64,000 bases of DNA from an uncultured Chloroflexia bacterium (GTDB lineage: Bacteria > Chloroflexota > Limnocylindria > Limnocylindrales > CSP1-4). This document shows, in pieces, positions 20,310 through 31,459 of this stretch (position 1 is its first letter; each line of letters begins with the position of its first letter). The position numbers and the translations under genes are program-made. The DNA lies in NCBI GenBank assembly GCA_963735455.1, contig CAVTKZ010000004.1:306101-370100 (forward strand), given 5' to 3'. The notes beneath the pieces are model-generated. The model did no database searches, was not told where the DNA came from, and was given only the letters and a program-made list of their open reading frames with translations.

Positions 20310-20401
20310 GATCGCCCAATGATGCGCCGCTGCCGCCAGCTCGCGCCCGCCCGGGCCTTGCCTGTACCTCGTCCTGATCCCGGCCGCGCTACCCTAGGCC
20401 G

Positions 20402-21241
20402 GTGAGAGTGATCGTGACCGGCGGCAGCGGCAAGGCCGGCCGCTGGACCGTCCAGCACCTCCGCCAGCAGGGCCACGACGTGCTCAACGTCGACGTCCGC
20501 CACGATGGCAGCGACTTCGGGCTGTGCATCGTGGCCGACCTGACCGACCCGGGCCAGGCGATCGAGCTGACCGCCGGCGCCGACGCGATCGTCCATCTCG
20601 CCGCGATCCCGGCCCCCGACCTGCGCTCGCCGGCGGAGACGTTCCGGATCAATGCCCTGTCGACCTACAACGTCTTTGCCGCGGCCGAGCTGAACCGCGT
20701 CGGCCGGGTGGTCTGGGCATCGAGCGAGACGGTCCTCGGCCTGCCCTTCGACACGCCACCATCCTTCGTCCCGATCGACGAGACGATCGAGGTCCGGCCG
20801 GAGACCTCCTACTCGTTGTCCAAGGTCGTCGGCGAAGCGATGGCCGTCCAGTTCAGCCGGCGGACCGGGATCCCGTTCGTGGGCCTGCGCATCTCGAACA
20901 TCATGGAACCGCCCGACTACGCCCGGTTCCCGAGCTGGCAGGACGACCCGTCGATCCGGCGCTGGAACCTGTGGGGCTATGTCGACGTGCGCGACGTCGC
21001 GCAGGCGATCGGCCGGGCATTGACCAGCACCGAGATCCGGGGCGCCGACGTGTGCATCCTGGCCGCGGCCGACACGGTGATGCTCCGGCCCAGCGCCGAG
21101 CTGCTGGCCGAGGTCTTCCCCGATGTGCCGGTCCGCCGGCCGATCGTCGGTCGCCAGACGCTCCTGTCGATCGACCGGGCCCAGCAGCTCCTGGGCTATC
21201 TGCCCGAGCACCGCTGGCAGGACGAGCTGGCGGGCAGCTGA
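20402..21241 (+). CDS. NAD-dependent epimerase/dehydratase family protein (extended SDR).
   Basis: VTGGSGKAG Rossmann motif and YxxxK (YSLSK). GTG start. Confidence 0.85.
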   Translation: MRVIVTGGSGKAGRWTVQHLRQQGHDVLNVDVRHDGSDFGLCIVADLTDPGQAIELTAGADAIVHLAAIPAPDLRSPAETFRINALSTYNVFAAAELNRVGRVVWASSETVLGLPFDTPPSFVPIDETIEVRPETSYSLSKVVGEAMAVQFSRRTGIPFVGLRISNIMEPPDYARFPSWQDDPSIRRWNLWGYVDVRDVAQAIGRALTSTEIRGADVCILAAADTVMLRPSAELLAEVFPDVPVRRPIVGRQTLLSIDRAQQLLGYLPEHRWQDELAGS

Positions 21242-21418
21242 CCGAACCGTTCCGGGCGGCCCGGCCGTTTTGGATGAGTTGACGGGCCACTGTCCGTCAC
21301 CCGGGCCCATGGCCCGCAGGAAACCGACGGCCGGCTGACGGGCGTACCGGTGCTCGTGGGATGAGCGCCAGGCGGAGGAGCCGACGCCGACCACTCCGAC
21401 CATCCGAGGAGATCAACG

Positions 21419-21959
21419 ATGCATCAACCGTCCATCAGGACCACCGTCCGCAGCGTGGGCGGGCTGATCCTGGTCGCGATCCTCGCGGCCGCCTGCTCGT
21501 CGAGCGCCCACGACCGCGCCCGTGGCTTCCGTTGCGCCGCCCGCCGCTTCGACGCCGCCCGCGGCATCGACTCCCGCGGCATCGGCCCCGGCCGCCTCGG
21601 CCCCGGCCGCATCAGCCCCCGCGGCAGGTGGCGTCGTGGTCAACATGGCCACGACCGCCCTTGGCCCGGTCCTCGTCGGGCCGAACGGCCTGACCCTCTA
21701 CACCCACACCGGCGACTCGGCAACGGCCTCGACGTGCACCGGCGGCTGCGCGACCGCCTGGCCGCCGCTGGCCGTGCCGGCCGGTTCGAACGCCACCGGC
21801 GGAACCGGCGTCACCGGGACGTTCGCCACGTTGACCCGCGACGACGGCACGCTCCAGGTCACCTACAACGGCCTGCCGCTGTACGGCTGGAAGAACGATG
21901 CCAAGCCCGGTGACACCACCGGCCAGGGCGTCAACGGCTTCTCGGTCGCCAAGCCCTGA
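21419..21959 (+). CDS. Lipoprotein of the secreted-repeat Yx(FWY)xxD family (COG4315-like), with a frameshift between signal peptide and mature domain.
   Basis: Lipobox ILAAAC in ORF 21419-21913. Mature domain with LTLYTHTGD / LPLYGWKND motifs in ORF 21522-21959. Confidence 0.6.
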
Positions 21960-22020
21960 CCCGCGCCGGCCTCGTCCGGCAACCTGATCTTCCTGGAGCG
22001 CCGGCCGGCATGCCGGCGCT

Positions 22021-22932
22021 TCAGTCTGTCAGGCCGCTGTCGTCGAAGCGGTGGGCGGGCAGGCCGGCCACGCCCGGACGGCAGCGGAAGACCCGGCCGG
22101 CCAGGGGCTGTGCGGCGTGCTCGGCGTCAGTCAGCTCGCTGAAGGCGGTCGTGATGTACAGCTCGCCGAAGTCGGGGCCGCCGAAAGCACAGCTCGTGAC
22201 GTGGCTGGCCGGGATCGGGACCCGCGCCTCGACCTGGCCCGAAGGCCCGTAGGCGACTAGTCCGAAGCCACCCCACAGAGCCAGCCACAGGCCGCCGGCC
22301 AGGTCAAGGGTCAGCCCGTCGGGCGCGCCCTCGGCCAGGGCCTGGGTCGCGAACGGCCGCCGGTTGCGCAGGCCCAGGCCGTCGGCCTGCAGGTCGAACC
22401 GGTCGATCCGCTGGGTCGGCGTATCGACGTAGAACATCGTCCGCCGGTCGGCGCTCCAGTCGAGCCCGTTCGAGATCGTGACGGGGTCGAGGGCCACGCT
22501 GACCCGAAGGTCCGGCTCGAGGCAGTACAGCGCTCCGGCGTCGGGGCGCTTGTCGTGGCCCATCGTGCCTGCCCAGAAGCGGCCCCACGGGTCGGCCTTG
22601 CCGTCATTCATCCGGATCGTCGGATCGGCCGGCTCGAGAGTCGCCAGGCGGCGGACCCGGCCGCCGGCCAGGTCGACCAGGACGAAGCCCGTGGCGACGG
22701 CGGCCACCAGGTTGCCCGAGCGGGTCGGCGCGATCGAGCCGATCATCTCGCCGACTGGGATCGTCCGGACCCGGCCCGTGGCCACGTCCAGGAGCTCGAT
22801 CAGGCCGTGCGGGATGTCGACCCAGGCGAGCTCGGCCCGGTCCTCGAGCCAGACCGGCGACTCACCCAGCTCCGACGGCGGTCGGTCCATCTCGACCAGC
22901 TCGGCCTGGATCTCGCGCACGGCGGGGCTCAT
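22021..22932 (-). CDS. SMP-30/gluconolactonase/LRE family protein.
   Basis: 303-aa six-bladed propeller signature (PVWLEDR..., DPWGRFWAGTM, SNGLDWSAD, DGLTLD). Confidence 0.85.
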   Translation of the reverse strand: MSPAVREIQAELVEMDRPPSELGESPVWLEDRAELAWVDIPHGLIELLDVATGRVRTIPVGEMIGSIAPTRSGNLVAAVATGFVLVDLAGGRVRRLATLEPADPTIRMNDGKADPWGRFWAGTMGHDKRPDAGALYCLEPDLRVSVALDPVTISNGLDWSADRRTMFYVDTPTQRIDRFDLQADGLGLRNRRPFATQALAEGAPDGLTLDLAGGLWLALWGGFGLVAYGPSGQVEARVPIPASHVTSCAFGGPDFGELYITTAFSELTDAEHAAQPLAGRVFRCRPGVAGLPAHRFDDSGLTD

Positions 22933-22991
22933 GGCGGGAACTCTAGCCGAGCCCCGGCGGTGCGTGCCGGCAGCGGCTCAGGCGCCTGCCG

Positions 22992-25240
22992 TCAGGCCGA
23001 CCAGTCGCGGTCGACTGCGACCCGCTGGTCGAGGCTGACCGAGATCGATTCGCCCGGCCCCAGACGGATGGGCCAGAGCGCGACGAGCGCGCTGCCCTGG
23101 TAGATCCGCTCGAAGCCGAGCTCCGAATTGGAGATCGTCTCGATCGGCGACCAGCAGGCCCTGGCAGCCGGCTCGATCGAGGTCGTCAGCCGGATCCCGA
23201 TGAAGTCGTTGCCGCTGGCGATCCACCCGAGCGCGGGATGGTCACCCCGGCCGTCATGTGCGCTGCGCTCTCCGTCGACCTCGTACCAGGCGGCCGGGTT
23301 GGCCCCGCCGCCGAGGAGCATGACCGGCCACTCGATCGCCAGGTCGGCGGCGATCTCGCCCGAGCCATGGTTCTCGACCCGGACGACGAGCCCGATCGCC
23401 GGTGAGCGCCGCTCGCCGTCGAACTTGAAGCGCTTCTCGATCCCGAGGACCGCTGCGGAGCCGGCGAAGCTGGCCATCCGACGGAGGACGGCTCGAGCGT
23501 CGCCGAGCTCAGACACCTCGTATGGCCCGCTGTGCGCGTCGCTCAGCTCGGTCGCCCGCGCCTCCTCGAAGTCGAGCGCCGAGATCCCCGGCGGGAAGAG
23601 ATGGACGAGGCCCAGGCGGCGCTCGTAGGCGTCGTAGTGGAGATGGGCGACGAGGCCCGGCTCGCGGGCCCGGACGACGCTGTGGATCGACGGCGTCGAA
23701 CCGGCCGGCTGGCCGGCGTCGGGATTGAGGCCGGCGGCCAGGGCCGCGCTGCGCTCATCGGCCTCGAGCAGCCGGCCGTGGTAGGCCTCGGGCCGTCGGC
23801 GCAGGACGGCGGCCAGCGCGTGCCGGACCGGCCGGATGTCCCACGAGCCGATCCCGCCACCGTGGGCCGGATCGACGACCACGACCTGGCCGGGCGAGGT
23901 GACGAGGATCTCGTCGACTCCGTCGAGGTCGGTGTCCCGGCGCTCGATCCCGTCGACGGGCTGGCCGGCCTGCCGGCCGGCGGCATCGGCCAGGTCCTCG
24001 GCCGCGATCAGGTGCTGGTACGTCGCCAGGCGCATGTGGGTGATGTAGATCCCGCCGAAGACCCCATGCCAGTAGCAGTCGTTGCTCTGGCCCTGGAACA
24101 GCTCCGAGCGCGCCAGGTCCAGCCTCCGGCCGGCGCCGGCCGCTCCGCCTGCATTGGGCGCGTCGGGGCGGGCGAGGGCCTCGACCTTGGCCGATGCCCG
24201 GAGCATCTGCTTGTGGAGCTCGTTGATCTCGCGGTACTTGACCTGGAAGTTGCGCCAGAAGCCGCCCCGCAGCCAGCGGACCTCGGCGGAGCCTTCGCGC
24301 TCGGCCCGCTCGAGCGCGCGCTCGAAGGCCTGGCCCTCGGCCGGGGGCAGGGCCCAGATGCCCATCTCGGCGTACGACGAAGTCGGGATGTAGACGCGCC
24401 CGATCGGCCGTTCTCGGTCGAGCCATTCGCTGGGCGTCACCAGCTCGAGCCAGGCCGCATGCTCGGCCAGCGCCGCGAAGAACCGGTCGACCCACTGGCC
24501 CGGCGCCCAGCAGTGCTCGAAGGTCTGCGGCCAGGCCCCGAACTTCTCGCCGTCGTCGCCCATGACCCCGAGCAGGCCGCCGCCGTCGGTGGCGCGCTGG
24601 CGCAGCTCGTCGATCGCCTGCTCGACGGTCCCGAACGGCATCCGGTAGCGGAGGGCCATGGCCGAGGCGAAGACGCTCAGACGGCGGCCCTGGTCATCGG
24701 TCGTGAACGAGCCCCACAGCCGCGACTCATCGACCGAGGCAGCCCGCAGGTGGGCGTCGTCGACGACGGTCCACTGGTAGCCCGCGTCGACCAGGCTGAC
24801 CGGCGCATCGGGTTCCCAGACCCGCTCGGCGAGCCAGGCACCGCGCGGGCGGCGCCCGCCGATCGCCTCGATCCGATCGGCCATCAGGACCAGCTGGGCC
24901 AGCCGGTCGCGTTCGGGCAGGGCGGCCAGGATCGGCTCGTACAAGCCGCCGCCGAGGAGCTCCACCCGGCCGGCGGCGACCAGCCGGCCGACCCGGGCCA
25001 GGAACTCCGGTCGCTCGGCGGCGAACCAGTCCAGGAGCGGGCCGGAGTAGTGGAGCGCCAGCCGGACATGGGGGTGGCGCTCGAGGGCCCCGATCAGGGG
25101 CTCGTAGGCGTGCTCGTAGGCATCGGCGATCACCCAGCCGAAGTTGCCGACCGGCTGGTGATTGTGGAGGACCAGGGCGAACGAGACGCGGGCTGCCAGG
25201 CGGGGGACTCCTCGGGCGATGGCGGACGCCTGCCATCATG
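22992..25240 (-). CDS. Glycoside hydrolase family 57 (alpha-amylase / 4-alpha-glucanotransferase type, with C-terminal DUF1925/1926-like region). Probable frameshift at the extreme 5' end.
   Basis: The GH57 N-terminal motif VSFALVLHNHQPVGNF is in frame with the 713-aa ORF but has no in-frame start. ATG ATG lies one frame over just upstream. Confidence 0.75.
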
Positions 25241-25541
25241 ACCGGATCGCGCCCGGACCGGCCACGCCGGATCGTGACGACCCGCCAGGATTCCGCCAAC
25301 CGGCGAGGGCTCCGAAGCATCAGACCTCAGGAAACACTTCATAGGGAGCGGAGTGGTGGACATGCAGCCTCGTGCATCTCTGGCCGGCGGCCGGCGAGGA
25401 GCTGGTCCTCGACCCCTCGGGCAAGGCCGCCTATCTCGCATTCTTCAAGTGGGACTACATCCGCAAGGTCGCGTTGCCGGGCCAGTGACGGGCTAGCCTG
25501 TCCACGATCGAGGCCAGTCCCCGATGGAGCTCGGAGGGTCG

Positions 25542-26123
25542 ATGGCAGGGCGGATCGAGCGATCCACCGGCGCACCGGAGCACGAGCTCCTGCGGCTCGC
25601 CGCGACCGGAAATCGGGACGCGTTCGATGCCCTGATCCGGCCGCGTCTCGACCGTCTCTACCGCCTGGCGTACGCGATCACCCGAAGCGAGTCCGATGCT
25701 CGCGACGCGACGCAGGACGCCTGCGTCCTCGCGTGGCGGGAGGTAGGCCGCCTGCGCGATGCCGCCAAGTTCGATCCCTGGCTCAGCCAGATCGCGGTCA
25801 ACGCCGCTCGCGGGCTCGTTCGCCGGACAAGCCGGACGCGCGTTCGGGAGCTGTCCGTCGAGGCCAGCCAGGAGGTTGCCGGCGATCGGGCGGATCCGGC
25901 GGTCCGGGCCGAGACTGACTCGATGGCCGATTCCGACGCCATCCAGCGGGCCTTCCTCCGGCTCGACGCCGGGACCAGGACGTTGCTGATCCTGCACTAC
26001 GTCGAAGAACGCCCGGTCGCCGAGATCGCCCGCCTGACCGGCGCACCCGTGGGCACCGTGAAATGGAGGCTCTCGAATGCCCGGCGGGCGCTCGAGAAGG
26101 CGCTGCAGGTGGAAGAGCGATGA
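25542..26123 (+). CDS. ECF (sigma-70 family) RNA polymerase sigma factor.
   Basis: Sigma-70 region 2 (AQDACVLAWRE..FDPWL) and region 4 (RTLLILHYVEERPVAEIARLTGAPVGTVKWRLSNAR). GGAGGG ribosome-binding site. Its stop overlaps the anti-sigma start (ATGA). Confidence 0.85.
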   Translation: MAGRIERSTGAPEHELLRLAATGNRDAFDALIRPRLDRLYRLAYAITRSESDARDATQDACVLAWREVGRLRDAAKFDPWLSQIAVNAARGLVRRTSRTRVRELSVEASQEVAGDRADPAVRAETDSMADSDAIQRAFLRLDAGTRTLLILHYVEERPVAEIARLTGAPVGTVKWRLSNARRALEKALQVEER

Positions 26124-27493
26124 GCACGGCCATGCACCTGACCGACGACGCCATTCGCGCCGCCCTGACCCCCGACCGCGACATCCAGGCGCCGGCCGGG
26201 CTGGCATCCGGGATTCGGGTCGCGATCGATGCGACGCCACAGCGTGCCGCTCGGCCCGGTTGGTGGCCATCCTCGCGCCGCACGGTCCTGCTGCTCCAGC
26301 TCGTTGTCGTCGCCCTCCTGCTCCTTGCGTTGATCGCCGGGCTGGTGCTGATCGGCTCGCACCCACCGGTGACGGTCAGCCCGCCCTTCGTGGCGACGTA
26401 CCACGGCGGACCGGATCGGGCAGGCCTGATGCCCGGCCCGGGTCCTGCAGGTGAGCCGGTCAAGGCCTGGGAGAGGTCGGCTCCGGGTGCCTTCGGACCG
26501 GGATCGCCGGCCGTCGTCGATGGGGTCGTCTACGTGGCCGATGAATCCGGAACGGTCTCAACGTTCGACGAGCGGACCGGCGACCCTGGCTGGGCGCACA
26601 ACGTCGGCTCGCCGATCAACAGTGGGGCGGCCGTCGACGGCGACCTCGTGCTCGTTGGGGCGACAGATGGGAGCGAGTCCGCGCTGTCCATCCTCCAGAA
26701 GGGGACGCCCCAGTGGCACGTTCAAACCGGCGGGGCGATCAACTCGTCGGCCGTCGCCCTCGACGGGCTTGTCTACTTCGGCAGCCTGGATGGGAAGCTC
26801 TATGCGATCGATGAGGCCACCGGCGAGGCCCACTGGCCGGCGGTCCCGACCGGCGGCGCAATCAGCCGGGCCGTCGCCGAGGCGGCCGGGATCCTCTACG
26901 TCGGGTCGGGTGGCCCCACGGCCGGCGCGGCCGGCACGCTGGGAGCCTATGACGCCGCGACAGGACGAGCGCTCTGGACGCGACAGCTTGATCCCGGCAA
27001 TGCCTCCTCGCCGACTGTCGCCGGCGGACGCGTCTACGTGTCGACCGGGCTCGATTCCGGCACGCCGGGAGCGCATGGCCTGTTCGCCTTCGACGCCAGG
27101 ACCGGCAGTCCGACGTGGGCCGCGCCGTTCCGGGTCCCCAGCGGCAAGATCGTGCTGATCGCCGCCGCGACGGAATCGACCGTCTACGCGGTGGCGGACG
27201 ACGGGTTCGCCTACGCCATCGACGCCGCGACCGGACAGGAGACCTGGTCCCACCTGATTCACGCCTCGCAGTCGCCGTCGGGCGCCTACGTCGACAACGT
27301 CCTGTACCTGACCAGCGACGACCGGAACGTCTATGCCCTGGCCATGGCGACCGGCGCCGAGCGCTGGACGCGTCCGTTCGCCGTGACCGGCGTTCCCGAC
27401 GCACCAACGGTCATCGACGGCCGCATCTTCGTCGCCACGAGCCTGGGCAAGGTGGTCAGCATTGGCGGCTCGAACGCGGTCCCCAGTCCCTGA
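26120..27493 (+). CDS. Anti-sigma factor-like membrane protein: short cytoplasmic N-terminus, one TM helix, extracytoplasmic PQQ-type beta-propeller (BamB-like repeats).
   Basis: Translationally coupled to the ECF sigma. TM segment VLLLQLVVVALLLLALIAGLVLIG. Repeated GxVYxG(S/T)xDGxLYAxDAxTGxxxW propeller blades. Confidence 0.7.
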   Translation: MSTAMHLTDDAIRAALTPDRDIQAPAGLASGIRVAIDATPQRAARPGWWPSSRRTVLLLQLVVVALLLLALIAGLVLIGSHPPVTVSPPFVATYHGGPDRAGLMPGPGPAGEPVKAWERSAPGAFGPGSPAVVDGVVYVADESGTVSTFDERTGDPGWAHNVGSPINSGAAVDGDLVLVGATDGSESALSILQKGTPQWHVQTGGAINSSAVALDGLVYFGSLDGKLYAIDEATGEAHWPAVPTGGAISRAVAEAAGILYVGSGGPTAGAAGTLGAYDAATGRALWTRQLDPGNASSPTVAGGRVYVSTGLDSGTPGAHGLFAFDARTGSPTWAAPFRVPSGKIVLIAAATESTVYAVADDGFAYAIDAATGQETWSHLIHASQSPSGAYVDNVLYLTSDDRNVYALAMATGAERWTRPFAVTGVPDAPTVIDGRIFVATSLGKVVSIGGSNAVPSP

Positions 27494-27700
27494 GCGTGAC
27501 ACCCTTCGGGCTGGATCCGCCGCCTTCGAGCGGCCGTTCCCGCTAGGATGGGGAACGCTCTGGGTGGCGCCGGTGAAGGAATCTTGATCGAGCGACCACC
27601 CCGGATGAATGGGCCGGCCCCGAGGATAGAGTTCAGTGGAGAGATCGCCTGCCGGTCAGCCCATGACCCGCGCGGAGCGAATTGAGTGGATGAGGGAAGA

Positions 27701-28852
27701 ATGACCAGAACGCGCCTGGCCGCGCTCCTGCTATCGGCCGGCCTGCTGTTGATCACGACCATCTCGCCGGTCGCGGCGGCCACGGCCTTCAACGTGACGA
27801 CGCCCTACCCGTCGGTCACCATCCAGCCGGGCAACACGGTCACGTTCTCCCTCGACGTCGCGGTACCCCACCCGGAGCGAGTCGGCTTCGCGGTCTCCGG
27901 GACGCCCACCGGCTGGACGGCCTACGTCCGGGGTGGCGGCAACATCGTCAGTGCGATCTACGCCGGGGGTACCACCGCGGCGTCGGTCGAGCTGTCGGTG
28001 GTCGTCCCCCAGACCGCCACACCGGGCACCTCGACGATCACGATCACGGCCACCTCCGAGCAGGGCACCCGAACCCTGCCGGTGGAGGTCATCGTCCTGG
28101 GTGAATCCGGCGGTGCGATCACCCTGACCACGGACTTCCCACAGCTGTCGGGCTCCCCGAGCAGCACCTTCACCTACAGCGTGACCCTGGCCAACACGGG
28201 CACCCAGAAGGAGACCTACACCCTGACCGGGCAGGGTCCCGATGGCTGGACCGTGTCGGTCCACCCGTCGAGCAACGCCCAGGCGCTGACCGACACGGTC
28301 GATGGCGGCGCCACCGACACGCTCAGCGTGACCGCCCAGCCGCCGTCGTCGACGCCGGCCGGGTCGTATCCCCTCCAGATCACGGCCGCGTCGGGTGGCC
28401 AGTCGGCCAACGTCGCCCTCGAAGCCGACGTGACCGGGACCCCCGCGCTCACCCTCGGCACCCCGAACCAGGTCCTCAACGCCGATGTCACGGCCGGCTC
28501 CACAGGCACGATCGCCCTGCTGGTGACCAACACCGGCACGACGGTCCTCCAGAACGTGACGATCACGGCCTCCTCGCCCACCGGCTGGACCGCGACCTTC
28601 GCCCCGACCTCGGTGGCGACCATCCAGCCCAACACGTCGACCACGGTCACGGCCACGGTCAAGCCGTCGAGCGACGCGCTGGCCGGTGACTACGACATCA
28701 CGTTCACGGCCACGGCCGGCAGCACGACCGCCACGGTCGACATCCGGACGACGGTCCAGACCTCGCCCGTGTGGGGCTTCATCGGGATCGCCCTGATCGT
28801 CCTGGTGATCATCGGCCTGCTGTGGGTCTTCCGCCGCTTTGGTCGGCGCTGA
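27701..28852 (+). CDS. Secreted repeat protein (NEW3/DUF11-like Ig-fold repeats) with N-terminal signal peptide and C-terminal TM anchor.
   Basis: Signal peptide [27 protein letters not shown]. Four ~90-aa repeats (...TGWTA...V..TA.P...). C-terminus [27 protein letters not shown]. Its stop overlaps the ABC ATPase start. Confidence 0.6.
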   Translation: MTRTRLAALLLSAGLLLITTISPVAAATAFNVTTPYPSVTIQPGNTVTFSLDVAVPHPERVGFAVSGTPTGWTAYVRGGGNIVSAIYAGGTTAASVELSVVVPQTATPGTSTITITATSEQGTRTLPVEVIVLGESGGAITLTTDFPQLSGSPSSTFTYSVTLANTGTQKETYTLTGQGPDGWTVSVHPSSNAQALTDTVDGGATDTLSVTAQPPSSTPAGSYPLQITAASGGQSANVALEADVTGTPALTLGTPNQVLNADVTAGSTGTIALLVTNTGTTVLQNVTITASSPTGWTATFAPTSVATIQPNTSTTVTATVKPSSDALAGDYDITFTATAGSTTATVDIRTTVQTSPVWGFIGIALIVLVIIGLLWVFRRFGRR

Positions 28853-29870
28853 TGGCCCGTAAACGCGCTCGCGTCGGGCGAGCCGCGTCGTCGACGGAGG
28901 CCGGCCACGAGGTCGCGATCCAGACCTATCGCCTGACCAAGGCATATGGCGAGCTGGTCGCGGTCGACAACCTCAACCTGACGATCCGGGCCGGCGAGGT
29001 GTTCGGCCTGCTGGGCCCCAACGGCGCCGGCAAGACAACCACGATCCTGATGCTCCTGGGGCTGTCCGAGCCGACCAGCGGACGGGCCGAGGTGGTCGGC
29101 TTCGACCCGACCCGCCAGCCACTTGAGGTCAAGCGTCGGGTGGGCTACCTGCCCGACGACGTCGGCTTCTACGGCGGGCTGTCGGGCCGCCAGAACCTGC
29201 GCTACACGGCCGCCCTCAACGGCCTCGGCCGGAGCGAGGCCGACGAGCGGATCGGCGGCCTGCTCGAGCAGGTCGGCCTTTCCCGCTCCGCCGACCGGCC
29301 GGTCGAGGAGTATTCGCGGGGCATGCGCCAGCGCCTCGGGCTGGCCGACGCACTGGTCAAGGATCCCTCGATCGTGATCCTCGACGAGCCGACCGCATCG
29401 ATCGACCCGGCCGGCGTGACCGACGTCCTGGCGATCATCGAGGGCCTCGCCCGCGACCATGGCGTCACGGTCCTCCTGTCGAGCCACCTCCTCCACCAGG
29501 TCCACCAGATCTGCGACCGGGTGGCGATCTTCAACCGGGGCCGGATCCTGGCCCAGGGCAAGATGGCCGACCTGGCCGAGTCGCTGTCGGGCGACCAGCT
29601 CGAGCTGGAGGTCGGGCCTCGACGGTCCGGCCGACCAGGTCGAGGCGGCCTTGCGAGCCGTGCCCGGCGTGGTCACGGTGATCCGCGACGCGCACGACCC
29701 GCAGCTCTGGCGGGTGACCGGCCCGCAGTCGATCCGCAACCACATCGCCGCCGACCTGGCCGCCCGGGGGATGGGCGTCCGCCAGCCTGCGCCGGGTCGG
29801 CGACGAGCTCGACGAGATCTACCTGCGCTACTTCGAGCGCGACGAGGGCGACCGTGGCCACGCAGCCTGA
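28852..29870 (+). CDS. ABC transporter ATP-binding protein, with two apparent frameshifts in the C-terminal third.
   Basis: Walker [10 protein letters not shown], signature YSRGMRQRL and Walker [11 protein letters not shown] are intact in ORF 28771. The C-terminus continues in ORF 29459-29962 and then a third frame (…[20 protein letters not shown]). Confidence 0.8.
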
Positions 29871-30861
29871 GGTGGTCGCGGTCAGCCGCCCGATCCCCAG
29901 CCGGCCGCCGCGCTGGGGCTGGCAGGTCGTGGCCGCCAAGGAGTTCGGGGACGGGATCCTGAGCGTCCGCCTGTTCATCCTGCTCGCCCTGCTGGGGCCG
30001 GTGGCCGTTGTGACCGTCTACTCGACGGCCTCATTCGTGAGCAGCAACGCCCAGTCGCTGACCGGCGTGCCGTCCCTGTTCGTGGCCATGTTCGCCCACC
30101 AGGACCCAAGCTCCCAGGTGCCATCATTCGCCGTCGCGATGGGCTACCTGGGGCCGCTGCTCGGCATTGCCTTCGGCTTTGACGCGATCAACCAGGAGCG
30201 CTCGGACCGGACGCTGCCGCGCCTGGTGGCACAGCCGATCCATCGCGACGCCGTGATCGTGGGCAAGTTCGTGGCTCGCCTCGCCGTCGTCGGGCTCGTG
30301 CTGGGCACGATCACCCTGCTCGTCTCGGCGGTCGCCTTCATCAAGCTCGGGGTGACGGCGGGTCCCGAGGAGATCATCCGGCTCGCCGCATGGTTCGTCG
30401 TGACCTTGGCCTATCTCGGCTTCTGGCTGGGCTTCGCGATGCTGTTGTCGGTCCTGTTCCGCGGGGCAGCGACCGCGGTCCTCGCCGCCATCGGCGTCTG
30501 GATCATCCTGATCATCTACGTCTTCATGGGCGGCGCAATCGCCGGCATCCTGTCCCCCGTGCCGGCCAACCCGACCGTCGACCAGCAGATCGCGAACGTC
30601 GAGCTCCAGCTCGAGCTCGGCCGGATCGCGCCGTACACGCTGTATTCCGAGGCCTCGGCCTACCTGCTCGATCCGACCGTCCAGACCGTCGGCATCATCC
30701 CGGCGGACCAGGCCAACGATCAGCGGGCGATCCCGTCGGTCCTGCCCGTCGACCAGAGCCTGCTCCTGGCCTGGCCGCAGGTGGTGGCCCTGATCGCCCT
30801 GGGCGTCGGCTGTTTCGGCCTGGCCTACGTCTCGTTCATGCGTCAGGAGGTCAGAGCCTAG
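29854..30861 (+). CDS. ABC-2 family transporter permease.
   Basis: GTG start overlapping the ATPase 3' end. Six TM helices. It is called as the downstream part of ORF 28771-30861. Confidence 0.7.
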   Translation: MATQPEVVAVSRPIPSRPPRWGWQVVAAKEFGDGILSVRLFILLALLGPVAVVTVYSTASFVSSNAQSLTGVPSLFVAMFAHQDPSSQVPSFAVAMGYLGPLLGIAFGFDAINQERSDRTLPRLVAQPIHRDAVIVGKFVARLAVVGLVLGTITLLVSAVAFIKLGVTAGPEEIIRLAAWFVVTLAYLGFWLGFAMLLSVLFRGAATAVLAAIGVWIILIIYVFMGGAIAGILSPVPANPTVDQQIANVELQLELGRIAPYTLYSEASAYLLDPTVQTVGIIPADQANDQRAIPSVLPVDQSLLLAWPQVVALIALGVGCFGLAYVSFMRQEVRA

Positions 30862-30981
30862 CCGCCCCTGCGCGGATCCCAGGTTCGGCCGGCGCGAACG
30901 GTCTCGTTTCCTTAGATCGACCAACGGCGTCTTTTGGGTCTCTTGGCGACAGGCAGCGAGGCCGCGGAATACCATCCGGGC

Positions 30982-31392
30982 ATGACCGATAGCGGTGCGT
31001 TCCCTGCGGAGGGCATGGCCCTCACCCACATTCTCGTCGTGGCCGACGTCGATCGAGCCCGAGCCTGGTACGTCGACGTCCTCGGCGCGGAGCTCTACCG
31101 CGAATACGGTGGGACCTCAGCCGTGCTGACCTTCGCCGGTGCGTGGATCTTGCTAGTTACGGGCGGCGATCCGACGGCCGATAAGCCGAAGGTGACGTTC
31201 GCTGCGCCCGCCGACCCGGACCATGTCAGCCACGCGATGACGATCCGGGTGCCCGACTGCCAGGCCGCCTACGACACGCTGCGGGCCCGTGGAGCCACAT
31301 TCCTCACGGCGCCGTACGACTGGGGTCGGGAGATGCGTTGCTTCTTCCGCGACCCCGACGGGCACCTCCTGGAGATCAGCCAAGCGGGCTAG
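30982..31392 (+). CDS. VOC (glyoxalase / bleomycin-resistance / dioxygenase) family protein.
   Basis: ~136 aa with the paired beta-alpha-beta-beta-beta VOC pattern (HILVVADVDRARAWY..., DPDGHLLEI). Confidence 0.7.
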   Translation: MTDSGAFPAEGMALTHILVVADVDRARAWYVDVLGAELYREYGGTSAVLTFAGAWILLVTGGDPTADKPKVTFAAPADPDHVSHAMTIRVPDCQAAYDTLRARGATFLTAPYDWGREMRCFFRDPDGHLLEISQAG

Positions 31393-31459
31393 CGCCCCTG
31401 ACTGGTATCCCGGGCGGACCGAGCCGGGCGGGCGCCTGAAGCCCTGCGCCGGCCCTACC

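Noticed and set aside
28771-30861. Single 696-aa ORF suggesting a fused ABC ATPase-permease.
   Set aside because: The ATPase C-terminus actually continues in two other frames and ends at a TGA at ~29870. The permease starts at an overlapping GTG and is simply in the same frame as the ATPase N-terminus. It was treated as two genes.
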